A stretch of 61,209 bases of DNA, filler included, from Globobulimina sp. (Eukaryota), in NCBI GenBank assembly GCA_003354225.1. It is 12 parts of 12 records of this genome, joined end to end, with 100 filler letters (N's around TTAATTAATTAA, not from the genome) between each part and the next. Parts side by side here need not be neighbours in the genome. Positions count along the whole stretch, not along the records: positions 45,997 to 51,001 come from PIVH01000780.1; positions 51,102 to 56,105 come from PIVH01000781.1; positions 56,206 to 61,209 come from PIVH01000782.1; 9 more parts are not named here. One strand, 5' to 3'. The translations under genes and the position numbers were made by a program. This document shows, piece after piece, positions 48,901 to 60,941 of this stretch (its first letter is position 1; every line of letters starts with the position of its first letter). The notes beneath the pieces were generated by a model, which saw only the letters and a list, made by a program, of their open reading frames with translations, did no database searches and had not been told where the DNA came from.

Positions 48901-50527
48901 ATTGTTTTCCTTTTGGGATTTCCTCCAATTTCTTGCAGGTTGAAAAATATTCGCTGCGATATAAATTCTTTAATTCTATGCAATCTTTCATTGATCCTAT
49001 TAATGTTTCAATCTCTTGACTCCATAAACTTTCTTCTTTTTCTTTTCTATCATCGCCATCACAGATAACATTATTCCGACACTCAATGCATTCTATACAT
49101 TTCTTAACCATTTGAAACGTAATCCGTGTCAATAAATTGCTCATTCTCGTCTTCCAGCAATAATTTCGAGATAACGTAAATATCATTTTTAAATTGTTAA
49201 ACAACAACGGCAATGATTCCCGCATGATTGCTATCTTATTCTCTGAATTGTATAATGGAGCTATAAAAATGCGTAATTTCTCCAAAAATTTCTCATTATC
49301 TTCCGCTTCATTTAATGCTCGATTTAAGTATTTTGTTACTTTTTTATAAGCCATATAAACCGCAATGGAATCACTATCATCACAGCCTTCCAATGGATTT
49401 ACCCAATTATGGCTATTCTCATCTTGCCGTTTCTTATCTTTCTGCTTATTTCCAGCTAAATTGCCATTGCGTGATCTCACGCGTCTTCTCGATGGAGAAG
49501 TTACGCGATTTCTTCTGGATGGAGACAGAACATTGTTATTGCTTTCATTTCGATTCTCAGTATTTACTGATATTGCATCTGTTAATAATGAGGTACCATT
49601 TCGTTCAGCTTCTTCTTCAGCGTTTTGTTGCAAAACAGCAATAATGGCACGATATGAGCGCATATTTAATAATTGATAGGTTTTGGTTAATACTAAATTT
49701 CGTTTACACCAAAAATTAATTTCTTCCTTTGGTCCAGAATTTATTTCCTCAGATCGATGAAAAATGTATGATCTATCATTACAAATGAATGTATAAATAT
49801 TTTTAATCCATTTTGAGACACATTGTCGAATAATATTCATCGAAGCGGTATCTTCAATCAACTATTTGTGCATTTGTATATTTGTAGAAGTCGGAATAAT
49901 AATATATTTGTATAAATTACTAAACTGTATCAAAATTGTCATTTGGATCTATATTTTGTAAATTTGCCTTGTCAGGCAATTGTAAACTAATCCCATTGTC
50001 CAAATTATTGATTGATGTGGTCAGTAATTCAGAAAATTGTTTTCCTTTTTTAATAAATTTTCTTTTTTCTTTTGAATCGTTGATTTTTTCCCATTCATTT
50101 GTCGTTGAAATGATTGGGGAATAAACATCGGAAATGCACGATTTTAATATAGGGATTAAGGAAGATTTGGATATATTGCCTGTTAATATATTATTATCAC
50201 TGCGGTTTTTAAGATTTATTTGTTTCGAGGTATTTCGTAAAAAGTATACACAGTTTCCACATAATGTCGGTGATTCTTGGCTACATTCAATTAATTTGGT
50301 TTCTGTTTCGTAAAAATATACTCTCGATGCGTTTTCTCCTGATTTTAACCAAACAGATATTGAATCACGATTTGAACTATTTTTATTTGTTTTTTTTTGT
50401 ATTTGCTTTTGTAAAAAAGAAATACAAAAATTAGATTTAACTCAAAGCATTCAGATATTTTTGATATGTTACAATTGAGAGAGTTTTGAATGACTAATTG
50501 CATCCATTGTGTTCTTGGATTACTCAT
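45997..50527 (-). CDS. Axonemal dynein heavy chain (outer-arm gamma, DNAH5/8-like) N-terminal tail, 3'-partial; introns 50377-50441 and 49862-49925
   Basis: GPKEEINFW, EAEDNEKFL, VAGNIAWSRQL, GETLFGLP, LPLIEGMSKPSMRPR (DHC_N1 into DHC_N2). Confidence 0.93.
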
Positions 50528-50591
50528 TGTTCGCTATCAGGAACAATGATTGATTTTGATTTTACTATTTTACTAGAGATCAAGGAAAGTT

Positions 50592-51001
50592 TTGATTTTT
50601 GAGAGCAAAGAGAAAAAAAAGCAATATTATCTTTTACGTACAATGCGTTCACTTTTACAACTTGTCTTATTTATGTTTCTTACATTTCATCAAATCATCG
50701 TTATGATGGCAACTGTTCACGATTTGGCAAATGGAAAGTTGGAGAGAGGATCAATTCGATTACGACATTCTGATAAATTGGATTTGAATCAAATCATTTC
50801 ATTCGACAAAGTATTGTCGATTTTAATGAATAACCCATCGATAAACACTCCTTATGGTCAATCTCAATATTTACAAATCATTACAATAATCAATAAAATC
50901 ATTCAAACAAATCATCAAAAGCATCAATTTTTTGCACCAATGTTTGGATCTGACCTTTTTTTGAATTGTATGAAATGCAAAATGTTATTGAATACACAAA
51001 A
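50592..51001 (+). CDS. Hypothetical protein, 3'-partial, divergent from the dynein gene
   Basis: Open frame to the contig edge; start uncertain. Confidence 0.4.
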
Positions 51002-51101
51002 NNNNNNNNNNNNNNNNNNNNNNNNNNNNNNNNNNNNNNNNNNNNTTAATTAATTAANNNNNNNNNNNNNNNNNNNNNNNNNNNNNNNNNNNNNNNNNNN
51101 N

Positions 51102-54100
51102 TCGAAGTCAGGCTCGTCAATAATCGGTCCGCGCGAGTCTTGTCATCCAATAAATAGTTATCCAAATATAAGTTATTATCGTCGTCATTGGCTTGTTGCT
51201 GCTTTTTAATTTTCCATAAATCGTTCCAGAAATTCTCGCCGGTCACATCCAACGATGCAGTGGCTTTCGCTTTGTCCGATTCAAAGGTCTTCCGCGTGAA
51301 TGAGTGCATGCCAATGCCGGCATTGTTGTTATTCGTCTCCACCGCACTGCGATCAATCCGATGTGCCGCATGTTGCAATAACTCATCAATATCGCATTCT
51401 TGCCACTTCTTACTGGCAATGATGGCATCTTCGTCGTTCAATATGGCATAGGCGCCATGGCGCAGCATATTATCCAATTGCTTCAAATCCTGCACATCCT
51501 TCTTCTTCACGCCATGCTCCACTGATTTCAAGATCGCTTGGCCTAATCCCAATTTCTTGCTCGCTCGCTCAAACATCTGCGCCTCGTACGTATTCTTAGT
51601 GACTAAGCGGTACACACTCACGGCTTTATGCTGCCCAATCCGATGACAGCGGGCTTGCGCTTGGATGTCTTGCTGCGGATTCCAGTCCGAATCAAATATA
51701 ATCACTGTGTCCGCAGCCACCAAGTTCAAACCCTGTCCCCCGGCCCGTGTGGTCAATAAAAATACCAATCGGTCGCTATTCGGCGCACAAAAGCGGTCAA
51801 TGGCGGCCTGGCGATCGTGTGATTTGGTCGTACCGTCAAACCGCTCATATTTATAGCGCTTGTAATCCAAATATTCCTGCAATATATTCAACACTTTGCG
51901 CATCTGACTGAAGATCAATACGCGATGGCCCTCCCGCTTCAATTTCGGCAATAACTTGTCTAACAACACCATCTTACCCGAGGCGGCGATGGTTTTCTCC
52001 ATATATTCTTCGTGCGATATGCCTTCACCGCACTCGCGATCGATAGTGCCGTCAATGAGCCATGGATGGTTGCAGCATTTCCGCAGTTGCACTTCCAGAT
52101 TGATTAAATTGGGCAGATTTCCTTTATCCACGCCGGCTTCTAAGAATTCGCGATTGCGGTCGAATAAGGCGCGATAATATGTCTTTTGGATGGTGGTTAA
52201 CTCGATGTCGATGATGGTTTCCTCTTTCTTAGGGATGGATTTCTCCACATTCTCCTTCAACCGCCGCAATATATATTGCTGTATCCGCAGTTGCAGCGCA
52301 TTTACCTGCGTCGAGCTGTTAATTTGTGAGTGCTCGTCCACCATATTCCCGCCGTACGAGCGGTTAAAATCGCGGAAGTTTTGAAACTCAGTCGGCTCCA
52401 AAAAATGCAATAAATTGAACAGTTCATCCATCGAGTTCTGGATCGGCGTACCCGTCAATAATATGCGTCTCTGCGCGTCCAATAACTCAAACGATTTACT
52501 TAACTGCGTACTGCGCGATTTCAACCGATGTCCTTCGTCCACGACGCATAAAACCCATTTGATATTGGCCAACCACTCCAAATCGCACATCAATATCTCG
52601 TACGTGGTCAACAATATGTTGAATTTGGGCGTCTTCCGCTGACTTTTGCTGTAATAAAATTCATGATTGCGTATAATTTCACGCGAAACCTGTCCCCGTT
52701 CGCTGTCGTGATACACCACGCAATTCAGATCCGTCCAGGTCTCGATCTCGCGCTTCCAATGAAACAGCGTGCTCAGCGGCGCCACGATTAAAAAGGGGCC
52801 GTGGATGTTATTCACGCGAAACAAATGCTCGATAAAGCAGGTACTCTGAATGGTTTTGCCTAAACCCATCTCGTCCGCTAATATACTATTCGAGCCCTCG
52901 TAAAATTTCTGAATCAGCCAATTCAACCCAATCACCTGATAGTCGCGCAACTTATTCTCGCCTTTATACACCCTCTGCTCGTCCGGCACCACTTCATTGG
53001 CCGAATCCTCCCGCAATTCTTGCTTCATCTTCGCGTCCGCGGCGTTCTGCGCAGGCTGGTCGCAATCGCCTTGCCCTTCGCGGATCTTATACCAGCCATA
53101 CATACCTTTCTTGAACGCCAAGTCATCCAAATGCCGCTTCTTGGTATCGGCCGGGATCTTATTCCACAGCTCGTACTGCGTAATCTTGTCCGCACAGTCG
53201 ATGTCTTGCGCGGTTTCATACGTACAACACGAGTACGATAACCCCATCCATTTCACATAGTATTTCTTCTCTCCATTCACGTCGATACAATCAATGATGC
53301 GGTCCACTTCACTGAACGACGGGTCATACGGCTCGCCGCCCCATAATAAGCCACATTTACTCTCATAATCAAAGGCCACTCGCTGCCAGGATGTTATCTT
53401 GCGGTTTACGCGTAATTTGCCAAAGCGATGTACCATTTGCTGCTCCGTCTCCCATTCGCAATGTAGGTAAGAAATGCCTTCCAATTTGATGAAATACCGC
53501 GTCTGCTCCAATAACTCGCTCGCTTTGCACCCATTATCCAGTGCATGTTGCATGTCGTCATAGACATGGTCGGTTTTCGGCGCCACGAAGACCGTACACA
53601 CCGCCAATATCCGCTCGATCTTCTCCTCATAGATATCGTTGGCTTGTTTCTGTTGCAATAATACCTCCGCCTCTTCCCGCGCCAAATACTTATCAATGGC
53701 CTGTTCTTCCGCATAGTTCGGCCGTTTCTTCTTCTTTTTGGCCAAACGCGTCGATTTCCTCTGTCCACTCCATAAATGATCCTCGTCATCGTTCAAATCA
53801 CCGTCATACTCTTCGTCGTCACTGCCCACGGATTTATTGCGTCGGCCCCCGCTTCGCGTCGTGTACCCGGCGGTGGCAGCACTGCTCGACTTGGAAGGGT
53901 TTTGCATCTGTTGTGCGTACAACATAATCTCTTCTAATTTGGCCTGGCATTCGCGTGGATTGTTATGGCGAGCGGATAACTCGGCATCTTGCGCTAATAA
54001 ATCGGTCGTAAATTGATTGTCATTGGCTGCGGCAAACGCGACCAAAGCCATTATCTCATTGTGGGTCCAATTGGTGGCCAATAAGGCCTTGAAATTGAAG

Positions 54101-56105
54101 GAGGACGGCGCGGCATGGCGAGAACGCATAGCCTGCCGATTGAGTAACATCTCATCTTCGTCCAAATCGCTCTCCGACTCGCCATATTCCTCATCGTCAG
54201 TGGTATCGTCGCTATCCGGTAGGTACTCGTCGTCGGAATCTTTGCCTTTCAGCTTCTTCTTCTTTGCCTGGCGAGTGGCCTCTTTCTCTTTGCGCTTGAC
54301 GCGAATGGCGGCTTTTTCCGCTACTTTCTGTTTTTTCAATAACTCGAAGCGTTCATCGGCTTCCTTGCGGTCGCGGGTTTCGATCAAACCCATGAGTTTG
54401 CCAAAGGTTTCGTTGTTTTTGTTTTCGAATTCCATGCGTTTCTGGTACGCATGCATGCGTTGTTGGAGCACGGTGTTGGAGCCATGCTGTGCTTGATGGG
54501 GGTTGTTTTTCTGCGACGCTTCCATTTTGATTTGACGCTGAATGGTCAATGCGGTCAATTGCAAGGCAGAGTAGGCAGACTGGTCCGGCTTTTCCTGGGG
54601 ATAATCGCAGGAATTGTTTGGTGCTTCGCCGTAGGAACATGCCCAATTGGACGGTTCCAGCCAAGTGGAGATGTCGCGCGTGGAGACACTGAGTACTCTC
54701 CATTTGCGACAACTTGTACATTGCACCCATTGCGGCACAAAGCCGACGTTGGAATCGATGATGGCTTGCCACGGATTGTTGTTTGCTGGATAGGAATGTG
54801 CGGTATGCGCTTGTTGTTGATAACTGCTTCTTTGCTGTTGCTGATAACGTTGGTGATATTGCTGCGTGTTACCTCCATTGGAATATCGCGAGTCCATCGC
54901 CATTGCACCGGTTAATCCGCCCCGTTTGTTCATATACTGTGCCTGTAATGTAACATAGAAAAAACATATATATTTAATATACAAAACAAAACCAAACAGA
55001 AAATGTCAGAAATAAAAAAAAAATGAGCAAATAATAACAAATCAGTGTATACTGTATATATAATATAATAAATGTAGGATATACTTCGAAGTCAGCAATA
55101 GGGCCAGAAGGTGTATTCCGTGCGGCAGTGTTCCTCTTTTTCGTCAATTGCAAAACTTGATTGTTTAGGCCCTTTATCTTATTTTGCAACTGCGTCATGT
55201 CATTGTATGCGTTGCTTAATTGCGATTGCAATTTGTTCTGTTCATGCTGCCATTTTTGATTCGCAGACTGTTGCGCGAATGCATGCAATTGCTGCGGAGT
55301 GTATTGTGTGGCATATTGTGGATGAGAGGCAAACGAGCCATAGTATTGCTGCACTAATTGTTGTCGATGTGCTTCTGCGCTGTTTTTCAGCCACGAACTG
55401 ATAGAGACATAGGTTTGCTTTGCTTTGTCGAAATTGCTTTTGGCAGTGGCAATTTCCGCATCTTTGCCCTTTAAATCGTTTTCTATTTCTTGTAAGTTAT
55501 AATTAATGTTTTTTTTATTGCGGGAACCTTTAGGTCGGCCCCGACCGCGTTTGGGTTTAGAGACTGCCGCAGATTGGGCATCATCGACAATGCTACTTAG
55601 AACAGATTGGGGAGCACCGGGTGTCTCGATGATGTTATTGGAGTGATTCGGGGGTTGTTGTGGTTGCAACTGGTTGCCCTCATTGTTGCTATCATTGCTA
55701 TTGCTGTTACTGCCGCTGTTGCTGTTGCTGTTGGTATTGAACATAGATTCATTTAAATTCGGCAAACTGAGTTGTACATTGTTAGAATTATTATTATTGG
55801 GTGATTTCGGAGTGGTATCGGAGATATTTTGTGGATTATATTTTGGTATTCTGCGTAAATCCATATCGGTGCCCTCCTCATTATTGTTGCTGTTGTCATT
55901 GTCGTTGGCGTCATTATCATTGCTTTGTGCCTGATTTGGCGGGTTTGGATTCGGCGATTCATTCGCATTTAAATATGAACTCAAATCCGGTAATTTCTCA
56001 GTGCCGATATTTTCAAAATTCAATCCACTAAAATCCATTGGTTGCGGTGTGTGTTGTTGTTGTTGAATTGGTGCAGTTTGATGGCGTTGCACCGCAATAA
56101 TTTGT
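51102..56105 (-). CDS. CHD-family (CHD6-9-like) SNF2 chromatin remodeler with AT-hook, zf-CW and double chromodomain, partial at both ends; intron 54943-55084
   Basis: KRGRGRPKG; WVQCTSCRKWR...W.C...C; two chromodomains; LADEMGLGKT, DEGHRLK, LTGTPIQN, LRKCCNHP, DSDWNPQQD, ARCHRIGQ. Confidence 0.95.
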
Positions 56106-56298
56106 NNNNNNNNNNNNNNNNNNNNNNNNNNNNNNNNNNNNNNNNNNNNTTAATTAATTAANNNNNNNNNNNNNNNNNNNNNNNNNNNNNNNNNNNNNNN
56201 NNNNNAACAGAAACAAAACCATCACATTCCAGCATAGCGGGATTACCACCAAATTAATAAGTGATACAAGAGAATGTTCGTCCATTTTAGAGACATTT

Positions 56299-57807
56299 AT
56301 GGCCACAAATCCCAAAGTAATCGGTTTCGACTGCGAATGGGTTGGAAATCATAAAATAAGTTTATTACAAATTGCAAATAACAATTCAATAATATTAATT
56401 CGCTTAAATCGATTGTTATCGACACCCATCCAATTAATAAGTTTATTGTCCAATATTGGGATAATAAAATGTGGCGTCGGCATTAGAAATGATGTCAAAA
56501 AACTAAGATCTCATTACAACCTCGAAACAGTTGGTTGCATTGAGTTAAATAATTTGCATCAACAAACCAAGAATATGACAACATTCGTTTCCTTAAATAA
56601 ATTATATCAGTTATTATTTAACAAAAATATGAAATATAAACAAATCTGCATCACTCGCAGTAACTGGGAAGCACAGATATTAAATGATGGACAGTGTCAT
56701 TATGCTGCTGATGATGCACTTGCTGGATACCAAATATTTTGCAAATTAATCAAAACTTATTTCAAACAGGACATAGATATGCAAGCACTGCATGGATTAA
56801 TTGATAATTTTGAAAACAATAAATCAATGAAATCAAAAACTTATAAACTCAATACTTCAGCCGCAAAATCAAATTTTTTCCGAAATAATGTTGGTAAACG
56901 AACCTTATTCGATAACTGTAAGATGCTGCAGCCGGATGGCTCTGTTTTGGGATTCTGTTCCAGATTCGCTTTGAAATGGCATTTGAATGAAGGGCTGGCA
57001 ATAAAGTTAAATGAAACAACCATACAACTAAAAAATACAAAGGCTGTTAAAATCCAAATATTTGACGAATACATAAGGACCGAATCACCAAATATATGTT
57101 TTGTTTGTGGCAATAGAAATAATCTGAGGAAATATAGTGTGTTTCCAGTCGGATATACCTCGCATATTAACGAAGAATATTATGATCGCTCATGTTTTAA
57201 TCATGATAATATTTTGCTGTGTTTGCCATGCAACAAAAAAGCGCAAAAAACGGAAATTGAATTTAAGAAATTGCTATGTTCAAAGTATGCGGATGTGACA
57301 TCGTTTGAGATTGCGAGCAAGTTATGGCACACTATGAAATGTGCAAAAACATTGCGGAGAGATGCGACAAGAAAACAGATACCAATTCGTAAACAAATTG
57401 AATTAATGCAACACATATTGACGTATTCCAAAGTGAAATATAAAGTGATTCATCAACAACAATATAAAGTATGTTTGGAGGAGTTGATTGTTTATGGATT
57501 TTTAAGAAGCAATGCAATGAAAACACTCAACATATTTGAAGAATGTTTGTCGTTTTATTATAACAAAAAAGATATTCCAATGAGTGAACTGATTAAACTT
57601 TCAAAGCAAGGAAATGAAGAAAGCGATGAAATTGTTTTCCACAAACTTTTAGATAAATTGGCAGGTTTTGATCAGAAAAAACAATCAAAATTGCATTGCA
57701 AACAATTGGTGTCAGCATTTGATGGGAAACAGTTGGAATTTATTGAAATGTGGAGAAGGAATTTCATTCACAATCTGAAGCCTCGTTTTCTTCCAAGTAA
57801 TTGGTGA
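56299..57807 (+). CDS. EXD2: EXD2-like DEDDy 3'-5' exonuclease with a C-terminal HNH-like Zn module (may be 5'-partial)
   Basis: IGFDCEW, SNWEA.L...Q.HYAADDA, LFDNCKMLQPDG, NICFVCG, HDNILLCLPC, WRRNF...LKPRFLPSNW. Confidence 0.88.
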   Translation: MATNPKVIGFDCEWVGNHKISLLQIANNNSIILIRLNRLLSTPIQLISLLSNIGIIKCGVGIRNDVKKLRSHYNLETVGCIELNNLHQQTKNMTTFVSLNKLYQLLFNKNMKYKQICITRSNWEAQILNDGQCHYAADDALAGYQIFCKLIKTYFKQDIDMQALHGLIDNFENNKSMKSKTYKLNTSAAKSNFFRNNVGKRTLFDNCKMLQPDGSVLGFCSRFALKWHLNEGLAIKLNETTIQLKNTKAVKIQIFDEYIRTESPNICFVCGNRNNLRKYSVFPVGYTSHINEEYYDRSCFNHDNILLCLPCNKKAQKTEIEFKKLLCSKYADVTSFEIASKLWHTMKCAKTLRRDATRKQIPIRKQIELMQHILTYSKVKYKVIHQQQYKVCLEELIVYGFLRSNAMKTLNIFEECLSFYYNKKDIPMSELIKLSKQGNEESDEIVFHKLLDKLAGFDQKKQSKLHCKQLVSAFDGKQLEFIEMWRRNFIHNLKPRFLPSNW

Positions 57808-58344
57808 CAGTCACAACAAATCAAAGTATGCCATCAATCCATAATGATCAGACACCACCAACCCGTTTTCCGTCCAATCTTTGACCTCATGCTTAACCTT
57901 TGCTTGTTGCAACTTGTCATTAATAAACATATGATCGTAGGTTGCATTCGGTCTTTCTTCCAATTCATAGCGGAATGTTCTTTTACATTCTTTGAACACA
58001 TCATGTTGTAATCCACAAATATTTTTCAATGCACGCGACAATATCGAATATGCCCTATCTTCTTGTTTCCACTTTAATTCCCACGACCAATTGCTACAAA
58101 TATTGAAATCACCCAAAACCATCACATATTTCATAGTGTTGCAACTTAGCTTCGTGTTCATATAATTTGCTAACTCTTTGATTTCCGACAACTTTGCTGC
58201 GCGAATTGCAAACAATTGGTGTCAGCATTTGATGGGAAACAGTTGGAATTTATTGAAATGTGGAGAAGGAATTTCATTCACAATCTGAAACCTCGTTTTC
58301 TTCCAAGTAATTGGTGACAGTCACAACAAATCAAAGTATGCCAT
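57695..58344 (+). repeat. 140-bp direct repeat, 57695-57834 and 58205-58344, one mismatch
   Basis: Identical except G57780 versus A58290; offset 510 bp. Confidence 0.95.
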
Positions 58345-58829
58345 TCTCCAAATGCGTATTGACGATAAGTAATGTGTCTGTTTCTTTGTCTGTCACCGTC
58401 TCATTATTTATTTCATAAATCGCATAAATTAATCCTCGACAAACAAGAGACTTTGGAAAAGGTAAAAGTGCCCCGTCATAATTGAGTGATCCACACAATT
58501 TCCATGCCATTTTACTGTATGTCATGAGACCATTGTTAAACCCAAAATATTTCGGCAGCGATTCCTTTGGATTGTTACCCCAATCACAAAAGAAGTGTAA
58601 GCCTAAAAAGTCAAGTGACACATGTACAAGGATATGTTGCGAGGTGTGATGCAATGATACATTGAAAGATGGAAAAAAAGGACAAAAACAGTTGCACAAT
58701 TAAAAAAAAATAAGAATTAACACATACAAATATATTACCATTTACATTGAATTTTATCATTGTCACTTTGTTAAAGCAACAGCAAATCCAATTAAAAATC
58801 CTGTCGATACAGTAAGCATTCTTTGCCAA
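57811..58829 (-). pseudogene. EEP (endonuclease/exonuclease/phosphatase, sphingomyelinase-like) gene interrupted by the duplicated segment
   Basis: NNGLMTYSK, LIVNTHL, VLGDFNI, TYDHMF and VSDHYGL motifs; a stop is introduced right after NTHLENG. The N-terminal start is unclear. Confidence 0.75.
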
Positions 58830-58851
58830 TATTTATTGTCTGTATGAAACC

Positions 58852-60649
58852 CTAAAAACTATACGTACGGACATGGTTATATACATTAACATAGATTTTA
58901 TATAAATATTTAACTGAAATCGTGGCTATTACCATAGCAGCAACAGCATATATTATCACCCAAACTCTTTTAATGAATCCCAAATTATTTTTATCAATCA
59001 CATTATTTTGAATATATTTCAGCACTGCCTCATTATCGTCATATTGTTTTACCTCATATTCCAATTTATTTATTTTAACATCTTTATCCAATAATTCCTG
59101 TTTCATTGATGCCATCATTTCTGTATTAATGTCATTTTGAAGCAATGATTGTATCCCTTTGAACTGTTTATCATTTCCCCTCCGTAATACTTTCAAAATC
59201 TCTTTTAATTCGTTCAACTCATTAAATATTTTCATATTCATATTATTAAATGCATTATTTTTGTCTTTATATGTCATAAAAGACACAATTTTTTTAGCAC
59301 TTTTATTTACAAATCGTAGGAGCTAAAACATTTTGGAACAAAAAGTGCAAAAAAATTGTACCATTCAACTCATTGTATTCATCAGATAAATGATTATATT
59401 TTTCAATAATATCTTGATACATTTTATTTTGTTTAATTGCAGGAATCCCATTTTCCTCAATCCAGCGCCATAAATCTCGCACACAACTCTCGATTTCGTA
59501 ACCTGTTTTGTCGACATTTCTGCTAAATTGGTCCCTGATATTTGTAGCTAACACTATTTTATCCACAGAGCTTCTATCCAAATCATCATATGTTAATATT
59601 TTACATTCTGCAATTTCCCTCTCACCAAACACGGACATTAATATCTGTAAAAACGCATTTTTCTCTGGGAATGCAGTCAATATTTTCATTTTTGCAGCAA
59701 AGTTCTGTATCTTTTGTTTGTATTCAAAATCAAATAAAACATTGTCATGAATGTTTAAAAAAATATTGACACAATCATCGTCATTCAGATCTGGATATAA
59801 CTCAAGTAACAATGATTTAAATTGCGCTATACTTAATTTCCCGCATTTCCTGGAATCAAATGTCTCAAAAAACGTTTTTGCATCTTCCATGAACAATATT
59901 TGTGCTTCTTTCTCGCTGATATCGATGGATGAATTAATGACAAACTCATCATCATCGATATCAAGCAATGGAGTGTGTTCATTGATACTTTCCAACGGCG
60001 AAGAACTTGGATCAGATAACGTTCTATGAACAGTCCGCGCGGTGTACACATTCAAAGCTTTTATAAACTGATTTTTTGTTAATGTGTTTACTGCATTCCA
60101 TAAATGCGCAAACTGGATTTCATCGCTATTACGAAAACATATGTAATCAAACATTGCTTTTGCAATAATTTGTTTGTTTTGAGGCAAATCATATTCATCA
60201 TCGTCGATGCATAGAGTGGAATAGATATATTTGTCAAAAAAAGCTATAAATTTGTCGATGTTCATCGTGCGTTTATCTTTGGAATCAATTTCAGTTTCAT
60301 CCCAGGAACAGATTGAATCATATATATCGTCGATTACTTCATCCGTGAGATCCAATGTGTTGATCATGACACAGCTGTCAATATTTGTATTTGTGTTGTT
60401 GTACATATGTGTTTTGAATGCAAACGAATTGGAAACATCGCAGTGTGCTAAATCCAGTGCAGGCAAAGTATATGAGTTTGATGACCGGGCCTTTTCGCCC
60501 CGGGATTTATTTGGTTTTGGTTTTGGTATAGGTGATGTGTCGGAATTGGGTGAGCTTGATGAAGATGATTCTTCTGATGGTCGTGAACCTCGCCGTTCAT
60601 CTGTTAATTTGTCTGAATTGCTGTTACTATCTGAATCTGCTGGTAACAT
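58852..60649 (-). CDS. EF-hand protein with coiled coil and C-terminal TM anchor; probable intron 59300-59369 joins the two ORFs
   Basis: FETFDSRKCGKLSIAQFKSLL EF-hand-like loop; a phase-2 GT..AG intron restores the frame into ORF 58852-59286. Confidence 0.65.
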
Positions 60650-60941
60650 TATGTTTATTTCTTAATTGCAGTATTTGCTGAGATAAGTGTGAGTTATGCA
60701 GACAGTTTGAGTGAATTTATTATTACTTTGCTGTGATCACGGAAAGATGATTGTCTATACTTCAGTTAAAAACTTCTTTCATAAATCTTTTCGCAAATGT
60801 CCTTGCAAATGCATATTTTTAGTATTAATTTTAAAATGGCGGAATGATCTTCATTTTCAAAACTTGCAGAATGGGAAAATGTACAAATAAGAAGAAGTCA
60901 GAAGTGGAGAAACCTTTTTTTTTTTTAACTATATTTAAACC

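Larger units (their letters stand above)
5017..56205. other. Eleven artificial 100-nt contig spacers at 5017-5116, 10133-10232, 15247-15346, 20361-20460, 25470-25569, 30578-30677, 35685-35784, 40792-40891, 45897-45996, 51002-51101 and 56106-56205
   Basis: Identical N44-TTAATTAATTAA-N44 linker (stops in all six frames). Contig lengths decrease from 5016 to 5004 bp, which indicates size-sorted concatenation. Confidence 0.99.

Noticed and set aside
5017-56205. TTAATTAATTAA recurring about every 5.1 kb as a biological periodic element or nanochromosome boundary
   Set aside because: It is an N-padded assembly linker. Genes are truncated at the spacers and there are no telomeric repeats.
56299-58829. 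EXD2 + EEP as a retroelement or nuclease defence cassette
   Set aside because: There is no reverse transcriptase, terminal repeat or poly(A). Both look like ordinary cellular enzymes in convergent orientation.
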